Virus record (IMG/VR): IMGVR_UViG_3300037722_001048
Coordinates: 1-58,558 of that record
DNA from: a virus
Lineage: Duplodnaviria; Caudoviricetes
Strand: one strand, 5' to 3'
DNA length: 58,558 bases
The notes beneath the pieces are model-generated. The model worked only from the letters and a program-made list of their open reading frames with translations, did no database searches and was not told the DNA's origin. Position numbers and translations under genes: made by a program. Each line of letters opens with the position of its first letter. Position 1 is the stretch's first letter. This document shows, one piece after another, positions 27,835 through 37,456 of the stretch.

Positions 27835-28445
27835 TCACTGGTAGCTACCGCCAGGACTCGGTCGAATATAGCCAGCTGCTGGGTAAGACGATTCTGTAGT
27901 ACGAAACCTAAACCCCTGACGAACTTCAGACAGACGGCAAAGTCGTCCTGGTTGTCCATTTTGAATTTAGTATCGCCATAACTCTCTAGGGAACCAGCCA
28001 AATTCTGAGTACAGACAATGTCATTGAAGTGCGGGAACATTTTAGGGTTAATGCTTTCCACCGCGCTCATAACTAACTGGGACACCCATGCCGGCCGCAT
28101 ACGAAATACAACGGGAATTTTACCCAGCAGATCAAATGACCAATACACGTTGTTCGTGGTGATCAGAGAATCCAGGACTTTGAAGATATCTTCCTTAGAA
28201 ACATCATTTTCTTCTAAAAACTGCAGGTACTCATCCACCACTGTTTTTTTCATGGTGGGATCTGCCTCAGCGGGGGTAATCTCCGTATTGAGATCGCCCT
28301 GGGGGGTATTTACCCTGGTGCTTTGCGGAGTGGTGATCTGAGAGAGGTGAGCCCCAGTATCGGCTGAGACGTCTCTTTTTACTTTTCCAGGCTTTTGCAT
28401 CATTCGAATGTCTGGGGCCTTGATAGGGTCTTTGCTCTTAATCAT
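27792..28445 (-). CDS. tail assembly chaperone (gpG-like)
   Basis: 217 aa, AAGGAG RBS, position upstream of the tape measure. Confidence 0.55.
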   Translation of the reverse strand: MIKSKDPIKAPDIRMMQKPGKVKRDVSADTGAHLSQITTPQSTRVNTPQGDLNTEITPAEADPTMKKTVVDEYLQFLEENDVSKEDIFKVLDSLITTNNVYWSFDLLGKIPVVFRMRPAWVSQLVMSAVESINPKMFPHFNDIVCTQNLAGSLESYGDTKFKMDNQDDFAVCLKFVRGLGFVLQNRLTQQLAIFDRVLAVATSDWAVNSFTGPQSEE

Positions 28446-28486
28446 TACTTACTCCTTTAGTTGCTGATTAGCATATTGTAGTTGAG

Positions 28487-28699
28487 CTATTGTATATCCA
28501 GCGAATGGGTATAACCTCCGCTGTCCGTTCCTACTGCCTTACCACTTGAGGTAATGTGGGTTACCACTGCTTCCGCCACAGCTTCAGACCAGAGCAGTAA
28601 CCAAGGGACTGCATCTTTGCCTACGCTTGAGGTATTAAACCCTGCGGCTTCTAGATTAGTACGGATAAGTTCTGCCAAGGTGGGGGCACTGAGGGCCAT
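28487..28699 (-). CDS. small baseplate-region hypothetical protein
   Basis: 70 aa, EAVAEAVVTHIT motif, near the spike gene. Confidence 0.6.
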   Translation of the reverse strand: MALSAPTLAELIRTNLEAAGFNTSSVGKDAVPWLLLWSEAVAEAVVTHITSSGKAVGTDSGGYTHSLDIQ

Positions 28700-28706
28700 A
28701 ATTCAA

Positions 28707-29504
28707 CTAAGCTCCAAACGGGTTTTTGACTACGCTTTTTATGTCGGGCACTTTGGATACTGAAGGAAATGAGGGACTGTCCGGCATAGTTGGGGCTTTA
28801 GGCCTTGACTGCTCTAGGACTTTTATCGACTCCTCTAAGGAATCAGTACTGGTCTTCAACTCATCCATTTGAGTAGTAACTTCGGTCGGCAAGGAGAGTC
28901 CTAGGTCGGAGGATTTATAGTCAAAAGTACCTGCCTCATCAAGGCCCAAATCGGTCCGTATATCTAGAGAATACGTTGGCATACTAGGGAATTGCCCGGG
29001 GCAATTGACGTTAATGCATTGCCACATCCGATCCAGTAGAGCCAAACTCTCTGGCAACCCCAACCCCTTTAGCAATTTAACGAACTTATTAATCTGATCC
29101 AGCACGTGACCCATCGGGAGCCCACTTCCCGTTAACAATGTGTTTAAGAGCTTTTTTGCATCCTTTATCGCAGCATCTACAAAAGCCCCTGCCATCTCTG
29201 CGGGGAGCTCCATCAAACTTTTCCCCGCATCAATAGCATCCTGAATCTTTTGAGCTGACTCCGGGAAAATACATTTCATAATATCGACGTCAGACCCACC
29301 CGACGGGACGGCTGGCAGTGCGGGGGCTACTCCACCCACTGCATTCTTTAAGGTATCTATCTCGGTTTGGGATGCTGCAGTGAGGGCACCCAGTTCAGTC
29401 TTGATGATACCTAATGGGCCCTTTAGCGAGTTAGCGGCTGCCTTAGTCTTCTCTCCAAGAGCTGTATATTGGGTGTAAACCTGTGAACAAATTATGTCAG
29501 ACAT
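28707..29504 (-). CDS. hypothetical protein (start MSDIIC at 29504)
   Basis: ORF following the spike gene. Confidence 0.65.
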   Translation of the reverse strand: MSDIICSQVYTQYTALGEKTKAAANSLKGPLGIIKTELGALTAASQTEIDTLKNAVGGVAPALPAVPSGGSDVDIMKCIFPESAQKIQDAIDAGKSLMELPAEMAGAFVDAAIKDAKKLLNTLLTGSGLPMGHVLDQINKFVKLLKGLGLPESLALLDRMWQCINVNCPGQFPSMPTYSLDIRTDLGLDEAGTFDYKSSDLGLSLPTEVTTQMDELKTSTDSLEESIKVLEQSRPKAPTMPDSPSFPSVSKVPDIKSVVKNPFGA

Positions 29505-29512
29505 AATTACTC

Positions 29513-30568
29513 TTACTTGGAAATGGCTACGTCGCCCGACCAGTCGGGGTGATAACCACCTGTGAATGCACATTTGCACTTCTGGGTAACTGCCCCAGAA
29601 AGGTCCCCAGAGCCTCCGTCGAGATCCATCGTGCCATTACTAGTCCAGACCGTCTTACCTTCTATACTTATTACGGCGTTCCCTGCCTCGGTCAGAATGT
29701 TCAAGTCCCCTTGTTCTACTTTTATATTGGCATCGCGCCCCGCTACCAACGTAATGTCCTGCGTAGCCTGGGCCAAGAGGTGCCCGTTTTGGTCGAAGGT
29801 CATAGTGACATACTGATCTTTGGCAATGTTGTTAACCAGTAGATGAAGGCGCGAATCCGGATCCAGGGGGTCATGCCCCAGCCAGGCTTGAACGGTCCAT
29901 TCTGCAACCGAAGGGTGGGTCTCTCCGGCAAAATCTGCTCCACCTCGGATATGTAGCCCCACTTTGCCTTCGGGGGTGTGAACTGTTTCAATCTCCCCAA
30001 AATCGGTGAACGCCTGGACCCGACGAGATACCAACCGGATAAAGTCTTTGTACCTGCCAAGGATGATCTGGCAGAGGGGGGAAGCCTTAAGTTTGACCAC
30101 GCCCTCATTGAACAGTCCTAAGAGCACCCCCGTACTTGTTGCCAAGACTTTGTCTTGTGGGTAAAAATCGACAGGGCGCCCGCCTTGATAAGTCCGCTCA
30201 GCGGCCTGTATGTAGGTATCTTTGTTGGCTCCACCGTGGCCAGGGGCTTCTTCCAGTAGAGGTATGGCCTCAGAGTCCGTAAAACCCAGGGATAGATTGG
30301 GTACCGTGTTCAGTAAGTAATACTGATGGTACACCAGGATCAGCAGTACGGTAGACCCCCGCAGGTTCTGTAGCCAAACCACGTCTCTGCCGTGGGAAGG
30401 CCCTTGGGTGCCCATGATGGGTACGCTCGGTATCGACTCAGTTCGGGATAATTTCACATCCACAGTGAATGAGGATGGATTACAATCCACCACCTGCGCA
30501 AGCCGAAGCAGCTCTTTATCCGCAGACATCCCTGAGTATGAAGTTTTTGTGCTTGCTCTGTCTTGCAT
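29513..30568 (-). CDS. baseplate central spike (gpV/gp5-like)
   Basis: N-terminal OB-fold-like AQVVDCNP..FTVDV; beta-repeat C-terminus ending CKCAFTGGYHPD (metal-binding tip). Confidence 0.6.
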   Translation of the reverse strand: MQDRASTKTSYSGMSADKELLRLAQVVDCNPSSFTVDVKLSRTESIPSVPIMGTQGPSHGRDVVWLQNLRGSTVLLILVYHQYYLLNTVPNLSLGFTDSEAIPLLEEAPGHGGANKDTYIQAAERTYQGGRPVDFYPQDKVLATSTGVLLGLFNEGVVKLKASPLCQIILGRYKDFIRLVSRRVQAFTDFGEIETVHTPEGKVGLHIRGGADFAGETHPSVAEWTVQAWLGHDPLDPDSRLHLLVNNIAKDQYVTMTFDQNGHLLAQATQDITLVAGRDANIKVEQGDLNILTEAGNAVISIEGKTVWTSNGTMDLDGGSGDLSGAVTQKCKCAFTGGYHPDWSGDVAISK

Positions 30569-30609
30569 AAAAATAGCCCACTATCTACTGAAATCGAATT
30601 AATCAATTC

Positions 30610-30645
30610 AATAGATAATGGGCTATTGGGGGTAAAAAATTAAGT
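30610..30645 (-). promoter_or_regulatory. putative late promoter ACTTAA-N18-CCATTAT
   Basis: - strand ACTTAAttttttacccccaatagcCCATTATCT. Confidence 0.65.
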
Positions 30646-30667
30646 AAAGGTTGCGACTTTAACCGTA

Positions 30668-31378
30668 TTAGAACAAATTGCCTGCAGGGTTGGCCGCCTG
30701 AAATTCCTGGTCACTCGGGATCTCCGTCACCCAAGGGATAACCCGGTCCGCCATAAAGGAGATCTGCTCCATAATCATGGCCTGCCCGGACTGCATACCG
30801 ACGTTGCGGTTTATCAGAGTGCAACACTCGATGTAATCTGCACCAATTGCCTGGTTGGTACCCGCTGCCCCATTGGCTGGGCTCATGTAAATGATCCCCA
30901 GGCCGAAGGGTATCCGGAAAATATCTTCCTCCAGGTTGGCAAACCAGGTATCAGTACTTTTATCCTTCGCGGACAAGCGAGTACTGGGGTGTTTCGTAAA
31001 TGTGTCGATCTCAGAAACGGCGTACAAGGCTCGGTACAGGTTGGCCCCCAAGGCTATCATGCGACCAATCGATCCCTGCACTGGGGCATTAGACCGAGAA
31101 AAAATGTGGCGACGAGAGCCAATAGCCTTCATAGGCTGAACCTGAGACGATTCACTATACTGAATGTTGCTCACCAGCCCGACTGTGTAAAACTCGGCCT
31201 TGGCGGATCCGGCCAGCCTAGGAGGGCCAACCACCATGATGCTGTCGTCCGGGGTCGCCAGAGTCATCATGGTTTGGTCGTGAAGAATCTCGACATTGCG
31301 GTCTTTGTAAGAGTTCTTCCATTGCTCCAGCGTGGTACCAGTGGTACCCGTCGGGTCGGTGATAATGTTATAGGACAT
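30668..31378 (-). CDS. putative tail tube protein
   Basis: 236 aa directly after the sheath; VG.VSNIQYSES..VQP..AIGS pattern. Confidence 0.65.
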   Translation of the reverse strand: MSYNIITDPTGTTGTTLEQWKNSYKDRNVEILHDQTMMTLATPDDSIMVVGPPRLAGSAKAEFYTVGLVSNIQYSESSQVQPMKAIGSRRHIFSRSNAPVQGSIGRMIALGANLYRALYAVSEIDTFTKHPSTRLSAKDKSTDTWFANLEEDIFRIPFGLGIIYMSPANGAAGTNQAIGADYIECCTLINRNVGMQSGQAMIMEQISFMADRVIPWVTEIPSDQEFQAANPAGNLF

Positions 31379-31415
31379 CAGCGGTGCTCCTTATATGGGC
31401 TGGGTTAAATATGGG

Positions 31416-33299
31416 TTACCGGCTGACCAGGTGCAGCCCGATGGTGTTAAGCACATAGGGGAAATCTACCCCAATGTACATTTCCACTCGGTCCCTGAGA
31501 GAGTCCAACTGGGCAACGCTGTCGATGCTGTAGTCTAGGACCGGAGAGCCGATTTTAGGCAGATTGTACAACCTCAGCGATTCCAGGGTGCCAGAAGCGG
31601 CCGACTCCAAAATGGATAAGGTGGAAGAGGTAATATTGTATTTGCCGAGGAACTGGTCCATCACATCCAGCATGATGTAAGACACGTAGTCAAAGTTCTT
31701 GACGAAGCTGAACTCTCTGAATTCCAGAGTCGACATATCTGTGGTGAGCTGATGCCGCACATACGGAGCCGAACTGGGGTTGGCCTGCTGGAAGATGAAG
31801 GTACCGCCGTCGGCAATAGCATCCATCTGGGTCTGGTTGAAGTAATCATTGGAATGCTTAAGGCCACTGATGCCGGCGATGCTGATACGAGTGAAGCCTT
31901 GGTGGCTGGGGAGCCCTGCTGCCATGCCGGCCACTGCACAGGCCAGGTAGTAACCAGGCTGATCCACCCCATCGATGGCACAGACATCCGGCCAGACATG
32001 CACAAACCGGCTGGAACCGAAGCTGGCACTTGCAGCCGCAATTTCAGTGGCCTGCTGGGTCTTGTCTAGATCCTTGAGGACCTGGTAAGTATCGGGTCCG
32101 CCTGTTGCAAGCAAGGCATCCATGGCAGTGGTGGTAGTGAGCAAGTCTTCGGACACTACGGAAGCTACCATGTACTCATAGTTAATGCCTCCCCGAGTGA
32201 TAACAAGCTTATGGCCGGCATCCACGGAGTTAGAAAGGAAGGATGCGTCAGAATCACGAAACACCTTCAGAGCGGCAACCTGGTCATTCTCGGCCGCTCC
32301 TGCACCCTCGGACAGAACCTTAGTGGTCAGCAGGGGGGTGCTACCGATCGCCACACGCCACTTGCCAATTTCGGGAAGGCTGGTCTGCACCGCGCTGCTT
32401 TTGAAGATTGCGAGGATTGCAGCCGACTGAGTCAAGGGGACCACGGAGTAAATGTCCTCAGCAATCTCCAAGCGGTCTTTGGCTGCGGTATACCCGATGG
32501 TGTCGTCCGTATCTACCCCAATAAACTTCACGGGTGTGGTCGTATTAGCCAGGGTGATGCTGACTGCGTAGCCGAGAGGGTTGGCAGCAACCAGTTTACC
32601 AAGAGCTCCCTTAGCTTCGTCCAGATTGGACACCGTACCGACATCACTCAGGTCCTGGCGAAGGGCTTTATAGCTGACAAAAATATCAGCCGAATAGACC
32701 AGCTTTCCTGAAACGGTGTACGGACCCAGGTCGAAAGTACCCAGAGTAGTATCCACCGAGAGAGCTGCGTCGTCGTTCAAGACTTCGACATTGACGTCCC
32801 CCCGGGAAAATGTAACGTCATACTGCAGGGCCGAAGGCGCCCCCTGGCCTACAGCCTTGTTGACCATGACTTTGAAATTTACTGCGTCCAGAGAGAGGAC
32901 CCGCAGGTCGGTCCCCACTGCTGCGCCGTCATCATCCACCGCAACATAATCCCCCACGAGAGCATCCGCAGGGAAATTTGCCTCGAGGAAAGTCAAAACA
33001 TTGTCAGTAAAACTTACGGCCGCTTTCGCCGTAGGATAAACTTCCAGGCGGACATTCTTCAGGGTTAGAGTTACAGAGGTTTCTTCGATCACCGCACCAG
33101 GGGCGTTGCTGGGGATTTCAACTCCGGTCACCCCGCCAACTACGAACGACCCCGCAGAAGCCAGAAGGGCATCATCCTCGGAGTCAATCAAGTGGTAACA
33201 CGGCCCAATGACACAGGGATTAAGCGAGGTGGTGGGAGTCGACACGCTTTGGGATGCGTACTCCTGGAAGACAAGGACTAGGGGACGGATATAAGCCAT
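31416..33299 (-). CDS. tail sheath protein
   Basis: 627 aa; MAYIRP.V.V.QE start; YLACAVAG, VRHQLTTD...EFSFVKNFDYV C-terminus. Confidence 0.8.
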   Translation of the reverse strand: MAYIRPLVLVFQEYASQSVSTPTTSLNPCVIGPCYHLIDSEDDALLASAGSFVVGGVTGVEIPSNAPGAVIEETSVTLTLKNVRLEVYPTAKAAVSFTDNVLTFLEANFPADALVGDYVAVDDDGAAVGTDLRVLSLDAVNFKVMVNKAVGQGAPSALQYDVTFSRGDVNVEVLNDDAALSVDTTLGTFDLGPYTVSGKLVYSADIFVSYKALRQDLSDVGTVSNLDEAKGALGKLVAANPLGYAVSITLANTTTPVKFIGVDTDDTIGYTAAKDRLEIAEDIYSVVPLTQSAAILAIFKSSAVQTSLPEIGKWRVAIGSTPLLTTKVLSEGAGAAENDQVAALKVFRDSDASFLSNSVDAGHKLVITRGGINYEYMVASVVSEDLLTTTTAMDALLATGGPDTYQVLKDLDKTQQATEIAAASASFGSSRFVHVWPDVCAIDGVDQPGYYLACAVAGMAAGLPSHQGFTRISIAGISGLKHSNDYFNQTQMDAIADGGTFIFQQANPSSAPYVRHQLTTDMSTLEFREFSFVKNFDYVSYIMLDVMDQFLGKYNITSSTLSILESAASGTLESLRLYNLPKIGSPVLDYSIDSVAQLDSLRDRVEMYIGVDFPYVLNTIGLHLVSR

Positions 33300-33329
33300 T
33301 TGGGTACTCCTTTAGGCGGAGGGTGAGAA

Positions 33330-33977
33330 CTACGAGACGATGTCTCGCGTGTCTCTGGGATTTTCAGATTCAGATAGGCCAGTGTATAATTTCTGATTGA
33401 TGCCTTGCAAAAGTAGTTGCGGTGGTATCGAAGTCCAACGATACTGCATTGAGTACGACAACATAATAGTACAAAGCCTTTGATTGACCCCCTGGGTAAA
33501 GGGTGTAATGTCAGACATTGAGATATTAGTAATTGTTTGTATAGATGTGTGTTGGGGTAAAACAGTCCGGCAGGTCAGTAGTAGATTAAATATCTCATTA
33601 GCCAGAATATCCACTTGGCCTAAGTTATCTGAAATAACTTTAACTATGACGGAGCTATGAACTATGGAAGTTTTCATAGCAGAGCCTAGCCGGATATCGG
33701 TGACTGCAGTATCTCCTAAAAACGCTGGGGTGGTGCTCGCCCCTCCTCTACTAACCACTATTAAAGGTTTGCGTCCAAAAGCTTCCGAATCTTTGTTATA
33801 AGTGGTATCTACTAGTACCCCAGTAGTTTCGATGTCTTCCGTGAGCTTATAAATATGATCATCCGATAGACCTCTAAAAGTCTCTCGTATAATCTCCAGA
33901 ACTAACTGGTAGACATGCAAGGGGGTAGTTCTTGGAGTATATTTATTTCCGGACGGTAATAAAGCCATTGTTACCAA
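33330..33977 (-). CDS. putative tail terminator/neck protein
   Basis: 215 aa upstream of the sheath; KPLIVVSRG; synteny. Confidence 0.5.
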   Translation of the reverse strand: MVTMALLPSGNKYTPRTTPLHVYQLVLEIIRETFRGLSDDHIYKLTEDIETTGVLVDTTYNKDSEAFGRKPLIVVSRGGASTTPAFLGDTAVTDIRLGSAMKTSIVHSSVIVKVISDNLGQVDILANEIFNLLLTCRTVLPQHTSIQTITNISMSDITPFTQGVNQRLCTIMLSYSMQYRWTSIPPQLLLQGINQKLYTGLSESENPRDTRDIVS

Positions 33978-34522
33978 TCAATCAATCCGTACTCTATAGA
34001 GCCCGGATTTACAAAAAATACTGGGGTCATCTGCAAGACGATCTCTCCACCAACGGCTGACACTTTTGGTTCCACATCATCTACCTTGTAGACCTCTTTG
34101 GTATCTTTCAAAATAAGTAGGTCATCATCTTTAATCAACGGGGCCCCGACCACTACAAATATGTCCGTGCCGGAACGAGGAGATTCAAAATTGCCCATCT
34201 CACCCGTCTCTTTCATGCGGGAATCTATGTCGGTCCAAATCCAATAATCACCGAGAGATTTGTGGCCCAAGGCTTGGCCGGTACCACGGCATTCAGGACA
34301 GTTGGTCAGGAGGATTTGTCCTGTGAATGAGTCAGTACAGGTAGTGCACCTCCCGCCGGTAAGGTCTACTCTGTATAAGCGGATTGGCCTACCATCATAA
34401 TGCTTGAGCCTCCTAAGAAGGTCGATCCTCATTTTAGCGGCATAACGTCTAAGATGGGGGTGCGTCGTGACATGACTAAGCTGGTTATCAGGTTCAGGAC
34501 GAATCGGACCATATTCAGGCAT
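33971..34522 (-). CDS. putative head-closure/neck protein with Zn finger
   Basis: RCTTC...CPECRGTG; synteny. Confidence 0.5.
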   Translation of the reverse strand: MPEYGPIRPEPDNQLSHVTTHPHLRRYAAKMRIDLLRRLKHYDGRPIRLYRVDLTGGRCTTCTDSFTGQILLTNCPECRGTGQALGHKSLGDYWIWTDIDSRMKETGEMGNFESPRSGTDIFVVVGAPLIKDDDLLILKDTKEVYKVDDVEPKVSAVGGEIVLQMTPVFFVNPGSIEYGLIDW

Positions 34523-34525
34523 TTA

Positions 34526-34972
34526 TTATTTCCGGAAGTTAAATGCGTTGAGAGTAGAATAAGGAGAGAAACTATCCCCCCAAGCCTGCTGCATGTTAAG
34601 GAAGGTCTTGTACTCTCTAACTTTTTCCTGGAAACGGGCTCGGTAAGACTCTGCTAAGCGGGAGTACTGTTCATACTTATCGTCGATACCAGAAGAGACA
34701 CCCTGGGCATTCATAGTCATCTGATTTCGCAACTGACGTTCAGCTTCGGAATTGGCCAGATGAAAACAAATGCCCATTAGTAACAGAAAGTCATTTGGGT
34801 TGGTGTCCGCGTTGTAATCCGTAACCGGTGGGTACGCGTTGAGGTCACTCAAAGCCAGCTTAATGGCAAAATCCACTAAGGGGGCAGAAGACTGATACTC
34901 CCCTTCGAGCAGAATATTCAGCTCGGGAGCATCCTTGGTATACAACCGTATCTCTTCAAGAGTAAGTGCCAC
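34526..34972 (-). CDS. putative head-tail adaptor
   Basis: 148 aa downstream of the capsid genes; helical pattern. Confidence 0.5.
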   Translation of the reverse strand: MALTLEEIRLYTKDAPELNILLEGEYQSSAPLVDFAIKLALSDLNAYPPVTDYNADTNPNDFLLLMGICFHLANSEAERQLRNQMTMNAQGVSSGIDDKYEQYSRLAESYRARFQEKVREYKTFLNMQQAWGDSFSPYSTLNAFNFRK

Positions 34973-34994
34973 TTAGTTTGCCTTTGGTTACTGT

Positions 34995-35351
34995 TTAAGA
35001 CCGACGCTTACGGGTGCGCTTAGCAGGGGATTCCTCAATGCCTTCGACGGCTTCGTCTTCTTCAGCGACGGGCTCAGCGACGGGCTCAGCGACGGGCTCA
35101 GCGACGGGCTCAGCGACGGCTTCGTCTTCTTCAGCGACGGGCTCAGCGACGGGCTCAGCGACGGGCTCAGCGACGGGCTCAGCGACGGGCTCCGGGTCCC
35201 CGACCACTTCCAGCCAGCCTTTGGTTTTGAAGTGACCTACTGCTACTTTGGTCTGCTCACTCAACTGATCATCGCGAAAGGTTTCTCCCACTTTGACGCG
35301 ACGCCAGCCAATTGCGAGGGGCATGGTATGTACGTTTTTATATTCCAACAT
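34995..35351 (-). CDS. hypothetical protein with EPVA repeats
   Basis: 118 aa, AAGGAG RBS, (EPVA)n tract. Confidence 0.7.
   Translation of the reverse strand: MLEYKNVHTMPLAIGWRRVKVGETFRDDQLSEQTKVAVGHFKTKGWLEVVGDPEPVAEPVAEPVAEPVAEPVAEEDEAVAEPVAEPVAEPVAEPVAEEDEAVEGIEESPAKRTRKRRS
35045..35191 (-). repeat. 12-bp tandem repeat (TCAGCGACGGGC) encoding EPVA
   Basis: Two blocks separated by EEDEAVA. Confidence 0.9.
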
Positions 35352-35372
35352 TTTGAGCTCCTTTATGAGTGC

Positions 35373-35404
35373 AAAAAAGGGCCAGGCCGCAAGACCTGGC
35401 CCTT
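35373..35404 (-). terminator. intrinsic terminator after the major capsid gene
   Basis: - strand AAGGGCCAGG-TCTTGCGG-CCTGGCCCTTTTTT. Confidence 0.8.
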
Positions 35405-35429
35405 CAAGTCCAGACTATGTCACCCCGGA

Positions 35430-36341
35430 TTAAGCCAGAGTGACTTTGAACACACCTTTGGTATTACCGATGCCCACGCCCGGTGCTTCGTAGGTAAAGA
35501 ATTCGATCATGTCCGCTTCCGTCTTCAGGAAGAGGGTAGCGTCCTGAAGCAGATAGAACTTCAGGAAGTAATCTTCGGGAGCGAAGAAATACATTTCGCC
35601 TTCTGCGACCAGGTCGTCCTTGATGGTGGTAACGACGGGGTAGCCCATGAAGCTATCCTCGCCGTCGACGCCGTCGCGGAAACGCTTCTCCTGAGGATTG
35701 AAGCCGATATCCTCAGTCTTCAGCTTGGTGCTGTCGAGGTAGGTGTTTTTGTGCATAAGCACCTTGCCCATCGGCAGACGGAGGCCGGTCATACCTTTGA
35801 GGCCCAGGACGAAGGAGTCCTTGAAGGTATCGGTGCCCGCAGCGGTGACGGTCTGGGTAGCCGAGGCAGCCCCGAGGATATCCGTAAGGGTACCCATGAA
35901 CTGGGAATCTTCTTCCTGCTGGATCTGCTTGACCTGGTTTTCTTTCAGCCAGGACATGATATCCATGCGGATAGTCATGAGCTCGAACTTGGACTTCGAC
36001 ATGCGGTTGGCTTCGACTTTACCGAAGTAAGTCCTGAAGCGCTTGCCGTTGAAGTACTTGCGGTCCCCGGTACCTTTGAACGGCACGAAGGTGGCACTGG
36101 GGGCATCCGGCTCGATCTCGCAGAGGATCGACGGCTTGTCGTTTTCTTCTTCGGGATCGAGGTCATCCGCAGTAAGGGTCCGAGGCTCAAAAAGACGGCG
36201 AAGGATGCCTTCCTCATAAAGCTTCTGACGAATGAAGGCGGAGCCGGCTTCCTGTGCTTCTTTGACCTGGCCGGACTCCAGCTTGTGGATGAAGGCGGAA
36301 TTGACAACTTCCGCGCTGACTTGGGTGGTTTCGTAGGACAT
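35430..36341 (-). CDS. major capsid protein (HK97-fold, putative)
   Basis: 303 aa; strongly biased codons; FIRQKLYEEG..RR, IQQEED..F, YEAPG.GIGN; followed by a terminator. Confidence 0.75.
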   Translation of the reverse strand: MSYETTQVSAEVVNSAFIHKLESGQVKEAQEAGSAFIRQKLYEEGILRRLFEPRTLTADDLDPEEENDKPSILCEIEPDAPSATFVPFKGTGDRKYFNGKRFRTYFGKVEANRMSKSKFELMTIRMDIMSWLKENQVKQIQQEEDSQFMGTLTDILGAASATQTVTAAGTDTFKDSFVLGLKGMTGLRLPMGKVLMHKNTYLDSTKLKTEDIGFNPQEKRFRDGVDGEDSFMGYPVVTTIKDDLVAEGEMYFFAPEDYFLKFYLLQDATLFLKTEADMIEFFTYEAPGVGIGNTKGVFKVTLA

Positions 36342-36368
36342 ATCTAGGTTCTCCCTTATTTAGGCGGA

Positions 36369-36773
36369 TTAAGCGCCGAGCCAGATGAGACGAATCTTAC
36401 CAGCGGTCGCGTCGACTTTGGTGATTTTGGCGATGGTCTGCTCGCCTGCGGCGACTTCCACCAGCTTACCCGGGGCAGCGGCAAGGCAGGTGAGGAGATC
36501 GTTCACAGCGTAGGAGCCGGCGACCAGATCGGCGGTATCCATCTCGGCGATGAACGGGCCAGTAAGGGCGGTAATGGCCCCAGTGAAGTTGTCGGTGTCG
36601 ATAACCAGATAGCAGGTTTTGGTGCCCGCAGCGGCTAGTGTTGCCAGTACGGCGTTGCCGCTAGCATCGAGCATAACAACATCGCCGGCAGCGATGACCT
36701 GCCCTGCAGCCGGGGTAAGTTTCTCATCGAGGGAGCCAGCCGAAGGCCAACCTTTAACGATTTCATATGCCAT
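36369..36773 (-). CDS. capsid decoration/cement protein (putative)
   Basis: 134 aa, Ala/Gly beta-rich, directly upstream of the MCP; AGGAGG RBS. Confidence 0.6.
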   Translation of the reverse strand: MAYEIVKGWPSAGSLDEKLTPAAGQVIAAGDVVMLDASGNAVLATLAAAGTKTCYLVIDTDNFTGAITALTGPFIAEMDTADLVAGSYAVNDLLTCLAAAPGKLVEVAAGEQTIAKITKVDATAGKIRLIWLGA

Positions 36774-36835
36774 GGTGCATGTACCTCCTGTACGTATTGT
36801 TTGTGTTTAACCCTTCGACCTGAAGGGGACCTAGT

Positions 36836-37048
36836 TTAACTCATCAGAAAATCGAGCATCGGATTGGTAGAAGCGGTTTTGCTGGTGGTACTGACTTTAC
36901 CGAAATCAAAATCATTAACTGGTTTTGTTGAAGCTATCTTTTCTTGCTTTGTAGTAGGTTCAGACTCAATCTGAGCTACATACTCTTCCATCTTTTCGGC
37001 CAATTTGATAAGGCTGTCTTTTAGCTCTGCGGTCTTAATCATAGTCAT
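36836..37048 (-). CDS. small head-region protein with K-x-A motifs
   Basis: IKTA, IKLA, EKIAS, SKTAS. Confidence 0.65.
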   Translation of the reverse strand: MTMIKTAELKDSLIKLAEKMEEYVAQIESEPTTKQEKIASTKPVNDFDFGKVSTTSKTASTNPMLDFLMS

Positions 37049-37233
37049 GATTTTGAAGCCTTGATGTAGAATTTCATGAAATTAAGTATGTGAGCAGAAT
37101 CGGCCTGAGGCATCGCCACTTTAGTTACTACCGGAGAGGGCTCCACGGCAACAGGGGCTTCATCCGTAGGTAATTCTCCTGCCATCTTCCGCAAGGCTGC
37201 TGCCGCTTCTTTAAGATTAATGACCAATGGCAT
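37045..37233 (-). CDS. small head-region protein
   Basis: 62 aa; KEA, KMA, KVA; overlapping operon. Confidence 0.6.
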   Translation of the reverse strand: MPLVINLKEAAAALRKMAGELPTDEAPVAVEPSPVVTKVAMPQADSAHILNFMKFYIKASKS

Positions 37234-37447
37234 TGACGATACCTTGCAGTTCTTGGAGGTTAATAAAGTAACCTCCGCTAGTTACAGGCTGACCTTCTGG
37301 GGCTTCCACTACAGTAACCTCTGCCATCTTAGCGACCGGTACAGGGGCCTCCTCCGTCGCCTCGGGCATTTCCTTGGCGAACGAGGAGAGAACGTACACC
37401 GCCTGTTTTAACATTGCGACTGCTTTGGTTTTTTGGGGGGAGGTCAT
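37217..37447 (-). CDS. small head-region protein
   Basis: 76 aa; KQA, KMA; shares INL with its neighbour. Confidence 0.6.
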   Translation of the reverse strand: MTSPQKTKAVAMLKQAVYVLSSFAKEMPEATEEAPVPVAKMAEVTVVEAPEGQPVTSGGYFINLQELQGIVNAIGH

Positions 37448-37456
37448 GGGTCAACC

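Noticed and set aside
35232-36347. 371-aa + strand ORF
   Set aside because: Antisense shadow of the codon-biased major capsid gene.
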